From: an uncultured Roseivirgaceae bacterium
GTDB lineage: Bacteria; Bacteroidota; Bacteroidia; Cytophagales; Cyclobacteriaceae
Direction: 5' to 3'
Assembly (NCBI GenBank): GCA_964653795.1
Contig: CAZZHO010000001.1
Location: forward strand, 22,426 to 86,425
DNA: 64,000 nucleotides
Shown here: positions 26,583 to 34,585 of the stretch, in pieces
Position numbering within the stretch: the stretch's first letter is position 1
Layout of the letters: each line of letters begins with the position of its first letter
The notes under the pieces: model-generated
What the model saw: the letters and a program-made list of their open reading frames with translations, nothing else
Told to the model about the DNA's origin: nothing
Databases searched by the model: none
Made by a program: the position numbers and the translations under genes

Positions 26583-28982
26583 TTATTGATATCTCAAAGA
26601 GTCAATAGGGTTGGCTTTCGCGATGCTCAAGCTCTTTCTACCCACTGTGGTGATCGTGATGAAGACGGTGATGCCAAATGATATCAGGAAGTACATGGCG
26701 CTGATGCTAATTTGATATTCAAATCCATTCAACCATTCTCTGCATAGTAAATAGGAGCAAGGCGCGGCTATGATGAATGCCAGCGTCATGAGAATAGCAA
26801 TATCAGAGGAAAAGGCTCGTAAAATGTTGGAGATAGATGCTCCAAATACTTTTCTGATGCTGATGCTTTTTCTATTGCGAGCTGCCATGAAAGAAACTAA
26901 ACCATACAACCCGAACACACCAATCAAGATTGCGAGTACCACGAAGAATTGGAAGACGGTATAAATCAGATTTTCAACGATGTAGCTCTGAACTAACATG
27001 TCATTGATAAACCTTGCTTCAAAGTAAGCTTTAGGTGCAAATTCTCTGAAGATTCTTTCTATTTCAGGGAGGACTGTCTGTAAGTCGTGTGTATTTAGCT
27101 GAATGTTAATTTGATGCATATTACCGGGCATGTGGGAGAGCATAACGGGTACTATTTTATTCTGCAATGATTCTGCGTGATAGTCTTCGACTACCCCAAT
27201 GATCTTACCTTTCCAGGATCCGAAGTACTTCACTTCTAATCCAAGTGCATCTTCAATTGCAATATTTGCTCTTTTGAGGAATTCCCGATTTACCAGCAGT
27301 TGCATCGTACTATCTGAAGTGAATTTGTTTTCAACATTTCTGCCTGACAAAAGGGGTACACCGTAGAGGTCCAAATAAGCTTCATCAATGAATTTGACGT
27401 TCATGTGCATGTCTTCAGTTGTTTCCTGACCTTCTATGCTATAACCACTACCCCAGTAGACGTTGGCCTGTGGCGCCGCCATACACCAGGAGGCTTTCTC
27501 CACAAAGTTCAATGCTCTATACTCATTGAGGATGGTCGGCATTTTATCGGAGACTTTCTTTGGAAATTCAATGCTTAAGATATTCTCACGATTGAATCCA
27601 AGGTCCTTATTCTTCACATAGTGCATCTGAGCTGCCACTATTACTGTGGTGATGATGAGAAGATTAGCAATCACAAACTGAAATACCACCAATCCCTTAC
27701 GGATAAAGGATTTGCCAGCGCCTTGATTTAGAGTGACCTGATTTTTTAAAGCGGTAATAGGATTGTATCCTGATATAATCATTGCGGGGTAAAAACCAGC
27801 AAGCAGGCTTACTACGATTCCTAGTAGAAGTGAGAAGAGAATAACTGTTAAATCATATGAAACGTCGAATCTCACGATAGCCAAAAGTTCATTGAGTTTC
27901 AACATGAGGAATTGACCAAGAGTAAACGCTATCAATGTGGCTATAGAAACGATGATGGCGGTCTCACCGATGAACTGAGCTATGAGGCTGCCTTTTCCAC
28001 TGCCCAATGTCTTTTTAATTCCTACTTCTTTGGACCGCTGCACGGCTAAAGCAGTAGAAAGGTTAATGAAGTTGAGAATAGAGGCAGTTAGGGTAATGAC
28101 CGCCAATAGCACGAAACCAATTAATACCTCTTTCGGGGAAACATAGGTGGTAGTTTGCTCATATCTGGAATCTGTGTGTACCTCAGACAGAGGTTGAAGG
28201 AAGTACTCAGTTCTTTCTTTCTCATATTCTGAGACGTGTTGATGCGCTATGTGGGTTATTTTCTCCTCAACTTCCGAAGTACTCTCACTATCTTCTTTGA
28301 CGAAATATGCAGAAGCCGTCCAGTAAGCTTCCCAACTTTTCACATAGTCATTATAAAGACTCGGCATTGTCTTATGAGAGATGATCATGTCAAAAGGTGT
28401 ATTGGTATAAGAGGGCGGGTTTTCTATTACACCCGCTACTTCTAAATCCACATACTCACCTACAGTGACGATTCTACCTACCGGATTGGCGCTACCAAAA
28501 TAGGTTTCGGCCTTTTTCTCAGTAAGAAAGATTTTGAAAGGTTCATCCAGAGCTTCGGAGCCAGCGCCTCTTAATATGTTAAAATCAAGGTGTTTTATGA
28601 AGCTGCTATTGGTGAAGAGAATGGCGTCTTCTTTGAATACCAGGTGTCTCGCTTCAAAATCGAATTCAATAGTCGAGCTCTGAGGACCGTTCATAGGGAT
28701 AATTTGGCTACCATAGTTGGCCGTATGTGCAAGTGCTTCTCCCATAGCGTTAGGAATGATACCTCGGTAGTTTACCCCATAATCTCCCAGGCTATGCTCA
28801 ACGATTCTGTAGACACTTTCCTTTTTCTGATGGAAACTGTCAAACCGCAGTTCATATCTCATGATGGAATAGACTACCAGACAGCATGTAATGCCGATAC
28901 TGAGGCCCAGGATGTTGACCAAAGTATAAAACTGGTTCTTACGGAAGTTTCTTAACGCTGTAGTAAAGTAGTGCTTTAACAT
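26583..28982 (-). CDS. MacB/FtsX-family ABC-type permease (fused double module)
   Basis: The family N-terminus MLKHYFTTALRNFRKNQ begins at 28982; the track start at 29006 adds 8 residues and would overlap the -24/-12-like element. It has two FtsX modules. Confidence 0.9.
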   Translation of the reverse strand: MLKHYFTTALRNFRKNQFYTLVNILGLSIGITCCLVVYSIMRYELRFDSFHQKKESVYRIVEHSLGDYGVNYRGIIPNAMGEALAHTANYGSQIIPMNGPQSSTIEFDFEARHLVFKEDAILFTNSSFIKHLDFNILRGAGSEALDEPFKIFLTEKKAETYFGSANPVGRIVTVGEYVDLEVAGVIENPPSYTNTPFDMIISHKTMPSLYNDYVKSWEAYWTASAYFVKEDSESTSEVEEKITHIAHQHVSEYEKERTEYFLQPLSEVHTDSRYEQTTTYVSPKEVLIGFVLLAVITLTASILNFINLSTALAVQRSKEVGIKKTLGSGKGSLIAQFIGETAIIVSIATLIAFTLGQFLMLKLNELLAIVRFDVSYDLTVILFSLLLGIVVSLLAGFYPAMIISGYNPITALKNQVTLNQGAGKSFIRKGLVVFQFVIANLLIITTVIVAAQMHYVKNKDLGFNRENILSIEFPKKVSDKMPTILNEYRALNFVEKASWCMAAPQANVYWGSGYSIEGQETTEDMHMNVKFIDEAYLDLYGVPLLSGRNVENKFTSDSTMQLLVNREFLKRANIAIEDALGLEVKYFGSWKGKIIGVVEDYHAESLQNKIVPVMLSHMPGNMHQINIQLNTHDLQTVLPEIERIFREFAPKAYFEARFINDMLVQSYIVENLIYTVFQFFVVLAILIGVFGLYGLVSFMAARNRKSISIRKVFGASISNILRAFSSDIAILMTLAFIIAAPCSYLLCREWLNGFEYQISISAMYFLISFGITVFITITTVGRKSLSIAKANPIDSLRYQ

Positions 28983-29012
28983 CTCTTCAAAAGTTATTCT
29001 GACCACTACATA

Positions 29013-29027
29013 TGCAAAAAGGTGCCA
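29013..29027 (-). promoter_or_regulatory. Sigma-54 (-24/-12)-like element TGGCACCTTTTTGCA, with non-canonical GG-N9-GC spacing
   Basis: The minus strand reads TGGCAC C TTTT TGCA, ~30 nt upstream of the permease start at 28982. The spacing is 1 nt shorter than the consensus TGGCAC-N5-TTGC. Confidence 0.35.
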
Positions 29028-29078
29028 TAATTATAAAATATTGATAATCAGTATTTTAATATGTTTTGGGCTAGTAAA

Positions 29079-29124
29079 AAGTGTTTCTTTATGAAACACT
29101 TAATTGTTTTCAAATGAAACAATT
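29079..29124. promoter_or_regulatory. Two abutting 23-bp dyads (AAGTGTTTC-TTTAT-GAAACACTT and AATTGTTTT-CAAAT-GAAACAATT), a candidate UAS/operator
   Basis: The first dyad has perfect 9-bp arms and the second matches 8/9. They lie ~50-110 bp upstream of the -24/-12-like element and 30 nt upstream of the regulator ATG. Confidence 0.5.
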
Positions 29125-29154
29125 GGTTAATTCATGCTACAAAATGGGCATTAA

Positions 29155-30519
29155 ATGAGAAAAAGTGGACACATATTGATAGTCGATGATGATCAGGACG
29201 TCCTTTTCACGGCGAAAACCATCTTGAAAAGGGAGTATCTAAAAGTATCAGTTGAGAGTAGTCCAAATCGGCTTGAGACTTTGCTTAAGAAAGAAGAGCT
29301 GGATATTGTGATATTGGATATGAACTTCAAAGCGGGTGTTACAAGTGGTAATGAAGGTCTATTCTGGCTCAAGAGGATTAAAGAAATAGATCCTTCGGTG
29401 CATGTCATTCTCAATACCGCCTACGGGGATATTAACCTGGCGGTACAGTCAATGAAAGATGGAGCTACCGACTTCCTTGTAAAGCCATGGGAAAAGGAGA
29501 AGCTATTGACCACAGTGGCTAATGTCTTTGAGCTTCGCCAATCTGGAAAGAAAATCAAGAAGCTTGAAGCTACAGAAACGGCTCTGACCGAGGATATTGA
29601 TTCCGGCTATTCAGAGCTTGTTTTTCAATCCGCCAGGATGGGTAAAGTAATGGATACAATTAAAAAGGTGGCACAAACCGACGCTTCTGTGCTCATTCTA
29701 GGAGAGAACGGAACCGGTAAAGAGGTGGTGGCCCGAACGATCCATCGCCTTTCAGGAAGAAATAAGAATGCCATGATAAAAGTGGACTTGGGTGCTTTGG
29801 CTGAATCTTTATTTGAATCAGAACTGTTCGGTCATAAGAAAGGGGCTTTCACAGATGCCAAAGAAGATAGGACGGGCCGTTTCGAGATAGCCGATGGTGG
29901 GACCATTTTTCTGGATGAGATAGGTAATTTGAGTTTAGCGATGCAAGTGAAGCTGCTTTCAGTTTTGCAAAACCGTCAGTTTACTCCCGTTGGCTCTAGC
30001 AAAGCAATTGATTTTGACACTCGGGTAATTAGTGCTACCAATCAGTCATTGTACGATATGGTTTCAGACGGAGATTTCCGGCAGGATTTACTGTATAGAA
30101 TAAATGTTGTGGAAATAGAATTACCTCCACTGAGGGAGAGGAGGGAGGATATACCTCTTCTAGCAAATCACTATCTGGCCACCTACGCTCAGAAGTATCA
30201 GCGTCCAGGATTAAAAATTGAAGATAGATGTCTTTCTCAGCTTGGTAGTTATCCATGGCCAGGCAATATTCGAGAGTTACAACATGCAGTGGAAAGGGCG
30301 GTAATAATGGCTCCAGGTCGAGTACTGAAGTCAGATGACTTTTTATTGCCAAAGACCACCCGGGTCGTATCTCAAAATTCTTTAAATATGGAAGATGTGG
30401 AAAAAGAAGCTATTTTGAAGGCGATTGAAAAATATGAAGGTAATTTGAGTAAAGCGTCAGAAGAACTAGGTATGGGGCGAACGACGCTTTATCGAAAAAT
30501 TAAAAAATACGGATTGTAG
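29155..30519 (+). CDS. Sigma-54-dependent response regulator (REC + AAA+ + Fis-type HTH, NtrC family)
   Basis: REC domain (ILIVDDDQDVLF...D at ILDMNF), Walker A GENGTGKE, loop GAFTDA, HTH ASEELGMGRTTLYRKIKKYG. Confidence 0.92.
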   Translation: MRKSGHILIVDDDQDVLFTAKTILKREYLKVSVESSPNRLETLLKKEELDIVILDMNFKAGVTSGNEGLFWLKRIKEIDPSVHVILNTAYGDINLAVQSMKDGATDFLVKPWEKEKLLTTVANVFELRQSGKKIKKLEATETALTEDIDSGYSELVFQSARMGKVMDTIKKVAQTDASVLILGENGTGKEVVARTIHRLSGRNKNAMIKVDLGALAESLFESELFGHKKGAFTDAKEDRTGRFEIADGGTIFLDEIGNLSLAMQVKLLSVLQNRQFTPVGSSKAIDFDTRVISATNQSLYDMVSDGDFRQDLLYRINVVEIELPPLRERREDIPLLANHYLATYAQKYQRPGLKIEDRCLSQLGSYPWPGNIRELQHAVERAVIMAPGRVLKSDDFLLPKTTRVVSQNSLNMEDVEKEAILKAIEKYEGNLSKASEELGMGRTTLYRKIKKYGL

Positions 30520-31887
30520 TTGGAGACTTATTTGAAGTTCAGGTGGCAGGTATTAGGTCGAACATTTCTAATAATTGGTTTCGCCTTTGGTGCTTTTTAT
30601 TTCTGGAACTATACACCATTTTCATTGATGGTGTTTTGGATGATATTGTTTTCGATACTTTCCCTCGTGGAACTTATTCGGTTTGTTGAGAGGTCCAATA
30701 GAGACCTACGAAACTTTCTAATTGGTATAAAACAGAATGACTTTTCGACTATCTACCCTCAAAAGGAAAGCCAGAAGAATCACCTGTATCATGCTTTCAA
30801 TCTCATTACAAGAGAGTTTATTAAGCTCAGAAGCGAGAAAGAGAGTAACTACCACTTTTTCAAGACGGTAGTAGAGCACAGTCGGGTACCACTCATTGCT
30901 TACACTCTTGAAGAACAGCAGGTTACATTGGTGAATGAGGCCGCCAAGGAGCTTTTTGGAATTCCATACATATCAAAGCTTTCCTCCTTGAAAAATGTTG
31001 ACGAACAGCTTTACAACTCGGTGGTTGATTTGCAAAGCGAAAAGAAAATCTTGTTGAAGGTCCAGGTAAAAAATGATCCCATTACACTTTCTATCGTCTC
31101 GAAAGTGTTGGTCTTACAAGAAAACACCTATAAAGTATTGGCATTTTATAACCTCAATTCTGAGTTGGATCAACAGGAGGTAGAGTCTTGGCAGAAACTC
31201 ATTAGGGTGCTGACACATGAGATTAAAAATAGTGTCATCCCAATTTCTACTTTATCGGAAGTAGTCAATCAGATGATTACAGAGCAAGATGGTTCTGAAA
31301 AAGCTATTGAAGAGCTTGATGAGGAGGATCAAGATGATTTACGAATTAGTTTGAGGACAATCGAAAAGAGGAGCAAGGGATTGGTCAAGTTTGTAAATTC
31401 ATATGGGGATCTTGCCAGAACTCCAAAACTAGAGCTTGAAGAAGTTGACGTAATAAAACTTGTGCAACAGGTTTTGGACCTTGAGTCGGAGGAGCTGAGA
31501 AAGAGAGATATTAGATTAGAAACCTCATTTCCTAATCGTCCAGTTTCGACGATGGTGGATACATCAGCTATCGATCAAATCTTAATCAATATTTCCAAAA
31601 ATGCGATTGAGGCCATGGAGGGAGGTGGCGATTCTCTATTGAATGTATCAGTGTTAGAAGCTGAAGGGTTCGCAAAAATTTCTATTGAGGACAATGGGCC
31701 TGGTATTGATGATGAAACTCTCAGCAATATCTTTATTCCTTTCTACACTACTAAGGAAGGAGGCTCTGGTATAGGTCTGCCGCTTTCTAAGCAGCTGATA
31801 AGGGCGCATGGAGGAAACATTCAAGTAAAATCCACTGTGGGTAGTGGTACTAGGTTTGAAATTTCCATACCCATCAGGAATAAATAA
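30520..31887 (+). CDS. Sensor histidine kinase (NtrB/AtoS-like) with two closely spaced TM helices and no periplasmic domain
   Basis: TTG start immediately after the regulator stop. H-box LTHEIKNSVIPIS, N-box LINISKNAIEA, G-boxes DNGPGI and GSGIGLPLSKQLI. The TM helices are joined by NYTP. Confidence 0.9.
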   Translation: METYLKFRWQVLGRTFLIIGFAFGAFYFWNYTPFSLMVFWMILFSILSLVELIRFVERSNRDLRNFLIGIKQNDFSTIYPQKESQKNHLYHAFNLITREFIKLRSEKESNYHFFKTVVEHSRVPLIAYTLEEQQVTLVNEAAKELFGIPYISKLSSLKNVDEQLYNSVVDLQSEKKILLKVQVKNDPITLSIVSKVLVLQENTYKVLAFYNLNSELDQQEVESWQKLIRVLTHEIKNSVIPISTLSEVVNQMITEQDGSEKAIEELDEEDQDDLRISLRTIEKRSKGLVKFVNSYGDLARTPKLELEEVDVIKLVQQVLDLESEELRKRDIRLETSFPNRPVSTMVDTSAIDQILINISKNAIEAMEGGGDSLLNVSVLEAEGFAKISIEDNGPGIDDETLSNIFIPFYTTKEGGSGIGLPLSKQLIRAHGGNIQVKSTVGSGTRFEISIPIRNK

Positions 31888-31918
31888 GGGTATTCTCTAA
31901 GAGTCTTTTTTAGCTAAT

Positions 31919-33025
31919 ATGAGCTTTAGTTTATTAGATCTTTTTCTGGCAATGGGCATCGGTCAGGGTTTGGTCCTAGTATTGGCCATAGCAAGGTTTG
32001 GTAGTGGAAATAAGGGCGCCAATAAGCTTTTGCAGGTTATCATCGTCATGTCAATGTTAATGCTGGTTGGACGAATCCTGGCTTTCGGTAAGTTATCTGA
32101 GTTGTCCCTTCGTTTAGGCACATTTGTAGATATCACAATCTTTCTGTTCGGACCTGTATCCTTACTTTTTGCCAAGTCCTACACTGATAGAAAAGCGAAA
32201 ATATCCATCCTTCATTGGGTGCCAGCCTCCATTCACTTTGTGTTCTTTATTTGGACTTGTTTTCTATCATATGAATCATATGCTCAATACCTCCGTGCAG
32301 GGTTTTTCATCTGGGCATTCTTCATAATGGAGACTTTGGGTTTAATCTCGATGATAGTCTACACATTGGCCTCACTGAGACTTGTAAGAATCACTTTCCA
32401 AAGAGTTGGCTTTGTCCAAAGTCCACAAAAGCCATTTTTATATGCTCTTTTCGGTAGCCTTTTGGCAATTGAAGTATTTTGGGTATTTGGTTATCTGGAG
32501 TCCAACTTCTTTCAAGTAGGATTCAACATTTTGGCTTATCAGAATATTTGGACGTTCATTCCAATCTTCTTCAGTGCCATTACCATCTTTGGTCTATTTA
32601 ATCCAAAAGTGCTAAAGAGAATAGGTAGTATACCAACAATATCGGAGAGGGTAAGAGACGAAAAGAAAGTCGCTATTATGAAGAACCTGCTGAAGGTGAT
32701 GGAAGAGGGGGTTTACCTTAATGCAGATCTCAGTTTGCCTGGATTGGCCGCAGAAATAGGTGTGTCAGCCAATGACTTGTCCTGGTTTTTAAATGCTGAA
32801 TATGGTCGAGGTTTTTACGAGTTCATAAATGAGAGGAGGTTGAAGGCCTTTGAAGAAAAAATTAGAAATCGTGAACATAAGGAAAGGACACTGCTGGCCT
32901 TAGCGTATGAGGTAGGTTTTAATTCGAAAACTACTTTCAATAAGGTATTCAAGGAGATGAGAAAAGAGACACCTAGTAGTCTGGTCAAAAAAATCGAAAA
33001 AGAGAGGGAGAAAATGGTGGCCTAA
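31919..33025 (+). CDS. Membrane-embedded AraC-family transcriptional regulator (polytopic N-terminus plus C-terminal HTH)
   Basis: About 7 hydrophobic helices over residues 1-230, then an AraC HTH (LPGLAAEIGVSANDLSWFLN ... LALAYEVGFNSKTTFNKVFK). Confidence 0.8.
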   Translation: MSFSLLDLFLAMGIGQGLVLVLAIARFGSGNKGANKLLQVIIVMSMLMLVGRILAFGKLSELSLRLGTFVDITIFLFGPVSLLFAKSYTDRKAKISILHWVPASIHFVFFIWTCFLSYESYAQYLRAGFFIWAFFIMETLGLISMIVYTLASLRLVRITFQRVGFVQSPQKPFLYALFGSLLAIEVFWVFGYLESNFFQVGFNILAYQNIWTFIPIFFSAITIFGLFNPKVLKRIGSIPTISERVRDEKKVAIMKNLLKVMEEGVYLNADLSLPGLAAEIGVSANDLSWFLNAEYGRGFYEFINERRLKAFEEKIRNREHKERTLLALAYEVGFNSKTTFNKVFKEMRKETPSSLVKKIEKEREKMVA

Positions 33026-33102
33026 GAAGTCCGCATGTGCCCAAAAGGCCGATTCAGCCTGGTTGAGAAGGTTTTTTTGAAGAAAATTCTAAACTCAATC
33101 GA

Positions 33103-33564
33103 ATGAAATTTTTAACGAAGATCAATCAATTTTTTCTAGTAGGAATATCATTCTCGCTACTACTAACATCTTGCGGTGGTGAGGAAGATCAAGCTGTAGA
33201 GGATACCATATCAGGACGATATGTTGGAGGCTGGAATTCTAATCCTCCAACATCAAACATTTATGAGAATTACCCTATATCTGCCATTGTCACGCTGGTT
33301 TCGGAAAACGAGTATGAAGGCGAATTTTTCTTTACTAACTCCCATGTTTCTTGTTGTGGTAGCGAAAATGATGGAACCATTAAAATGTCCATTTCAGGGA
33401 CGTCCATAACATCCTGGACATACGATGATAGGGTACGAGGTTGTTTTGGTGAGTTTATGGGTTCTGGCACGATTGAATCTGATGGAAGACTCTTCATAGA
33501 TTTTACCGGAGGCGATTGTGAAGGTGAGCATGCCGATGCTTTCCTCTTTTTAAGAAAGGAATAG
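33103..33564 (+). CDS. Small Cys-rich lipoprotein, uncharacterised family (tandem paralog 1)
   Basis: Lipobox LLTSCGGEEDQ. The conserved CC...C...DCEGEH pattern is shared with the next gene. Confidence 0.65.
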   Translation: MKFLTKINQFFLVGISFSLLLTSCGGEEDQAVEDTISGRYVGGWNSNPPTSNIYENYPISAIVTLVSENEYEGEFFFTNSHVSCCGSENDGTIKMSISGTSITSWTYDDRVRGCFGEFMGSGTIESDGRLFIDFTGGDCEGEHADAFLFLRKE

Positions 33565-33576
33565 GCGTCTGGTTGA

Positions 33577-34059
33577 ATGCGAATGATGAAGTCTATGAAG
33601 AGGTTTATGCAGTTTTTGTTGCTGAGCGGTTCGTTTACTATGCTCCTTGCCTTTGTACTAACACCTAAGAAAATTAAAGCACAGAATAGTTTTGGTGGAA
33701 TAGAGGGCGAGTATGTAGGTGAATGGACATCAGATCCTCCTAATGACAACCGATACAATCAAATTCCAATCTCCGCTATCCTTAGGAGAGTGGATGGAGA
33801 TCAATATTCCGGTGAATTCTTTTTTACTAAACACCTTGTTCCTTGCTGTGGGGGAGTTGATCACAACGGAACCTTAGAGGTACGATTGGAAGGTCGCAAA
33901 GTAGTGAGCTGGATTTATAAGGATGAGATACCAAATTGCAATGGATTGTTTGAAGGTACTGGTGCTATAAATGAGGACGGAGAGATTTCTATTGAATTTG
34001 GTGGCAGTGATTGTGAAGGAGAGCACTCCGGGGGCTATTTAGTCTTGCTGAAGGAGTAA
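33577..34059 (+). CDS. Small Cys-rich secreted protein, uncharacterised family (tandem paralog 2)
   Basis: Signal peptide ending KAQN. About 45% identical to 33103-33564, with all four Cys and the GEFFFT, PISAI and DCEGEH blocks conserved. Confidence 0.65.
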   Translation: MRMMKSMKRFMQFLLLSGSFTMLLAFVLTPKKIKAQNSFGGIEGEYVGEWTSDPPNDNRYNQIPISAILRRVDGDQYSGEFFFTKHLVPCCGGVDHNGTLEVRLEGRKVVSWIYKDEIPNCNGLFEGTGAINEDGEISIEFGGSDCEGEHSGGYLVLLKE

Positions 34060-34060
34060 G

Positions 34061-34585
34061 TCAGACTGTACTAGATGAGGATTTTAAGATCTTTAAACTT
34101 TGGAGTAAGAAACTTCTTATCTCATCGATTTTCTCATCCTCATCTCTCCTAAACTCTAACCGCATTAGTTTCAATCGCTTTACCGGCGTATCCAGCATGA
34201 AATTGTAAATAATATCTTCGTTTCCTTCTTGAAAAGGGCTTGTTTCTGAGCTCTTCCTGACTTTTTCAACTTGCAGTTCCGTGATGTGTTCTTCTCTGAT
34301 TTTGTTGATATTGGGGATAATATTACCTGTTTCCAATATTAGATAGCCTTCTTTAGAGAATATGATTTTCTGAGGGAATCGCCACTGTCTACTAATCCAT
34401 GGAAGCAAAACCAGCAAAAGACCAAATAGCAATATTTGTACGTTGGTATAGGATCCAAGTATCAATAATCCTATGCCAAAAAGCCACGAAAGGGCTACAG
34501 AAAAATAATGTTTGGATTTACGGGTAATTATTAAATCGCCCTCTTGCAATGTAGAATCGTAATATTCTGCAATTGGATTGGTCAA
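34061..34585 (-). CDS. Hypothetical membrane protein (two TM helices followed by a possible bacterial PH-like domain)
   Basis: 174-aa ORF with a hydrophobic hairpin (residues ~30-65). It overlaps the upstream 71-aa ORF by 4 nt. Confidence 0.5.
   Translation of the reverse strand: MTNPIAEYYDSTLQEGDLIITRKSKHYFSVALSWLFGIGLLILGSYTNVQILLFGLLLVLLPWISRQWRFPQKIIFSKEGYLILETGNIIPNINKIREEHITELQVEKVRKSSETSPFQEGNEDIIYNFMLDTPVKRLKLMRLEFRRDEDEKIDEIRSFLLQSLKILKSSSSTV

Noticed and set aside
29006-29006. ORF-track upstream starts (29006, and similarly 191, 6530, 9115 and 39806).
   Set aside because: In each case a downstream start gives the family-typical N-terminus and removes an overlap with a neighbouring gene or promoter element. 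The upstream codons are TTG, or they add non-conserved residues.
33270-33758. 162-aa minus-strand ORF spanning the tandem Cys-rich genes.
   Set aside because: It is antisense to two paralogous genes whose conservation pattern supports the plus-strand frames. It has no recognisable motifs.
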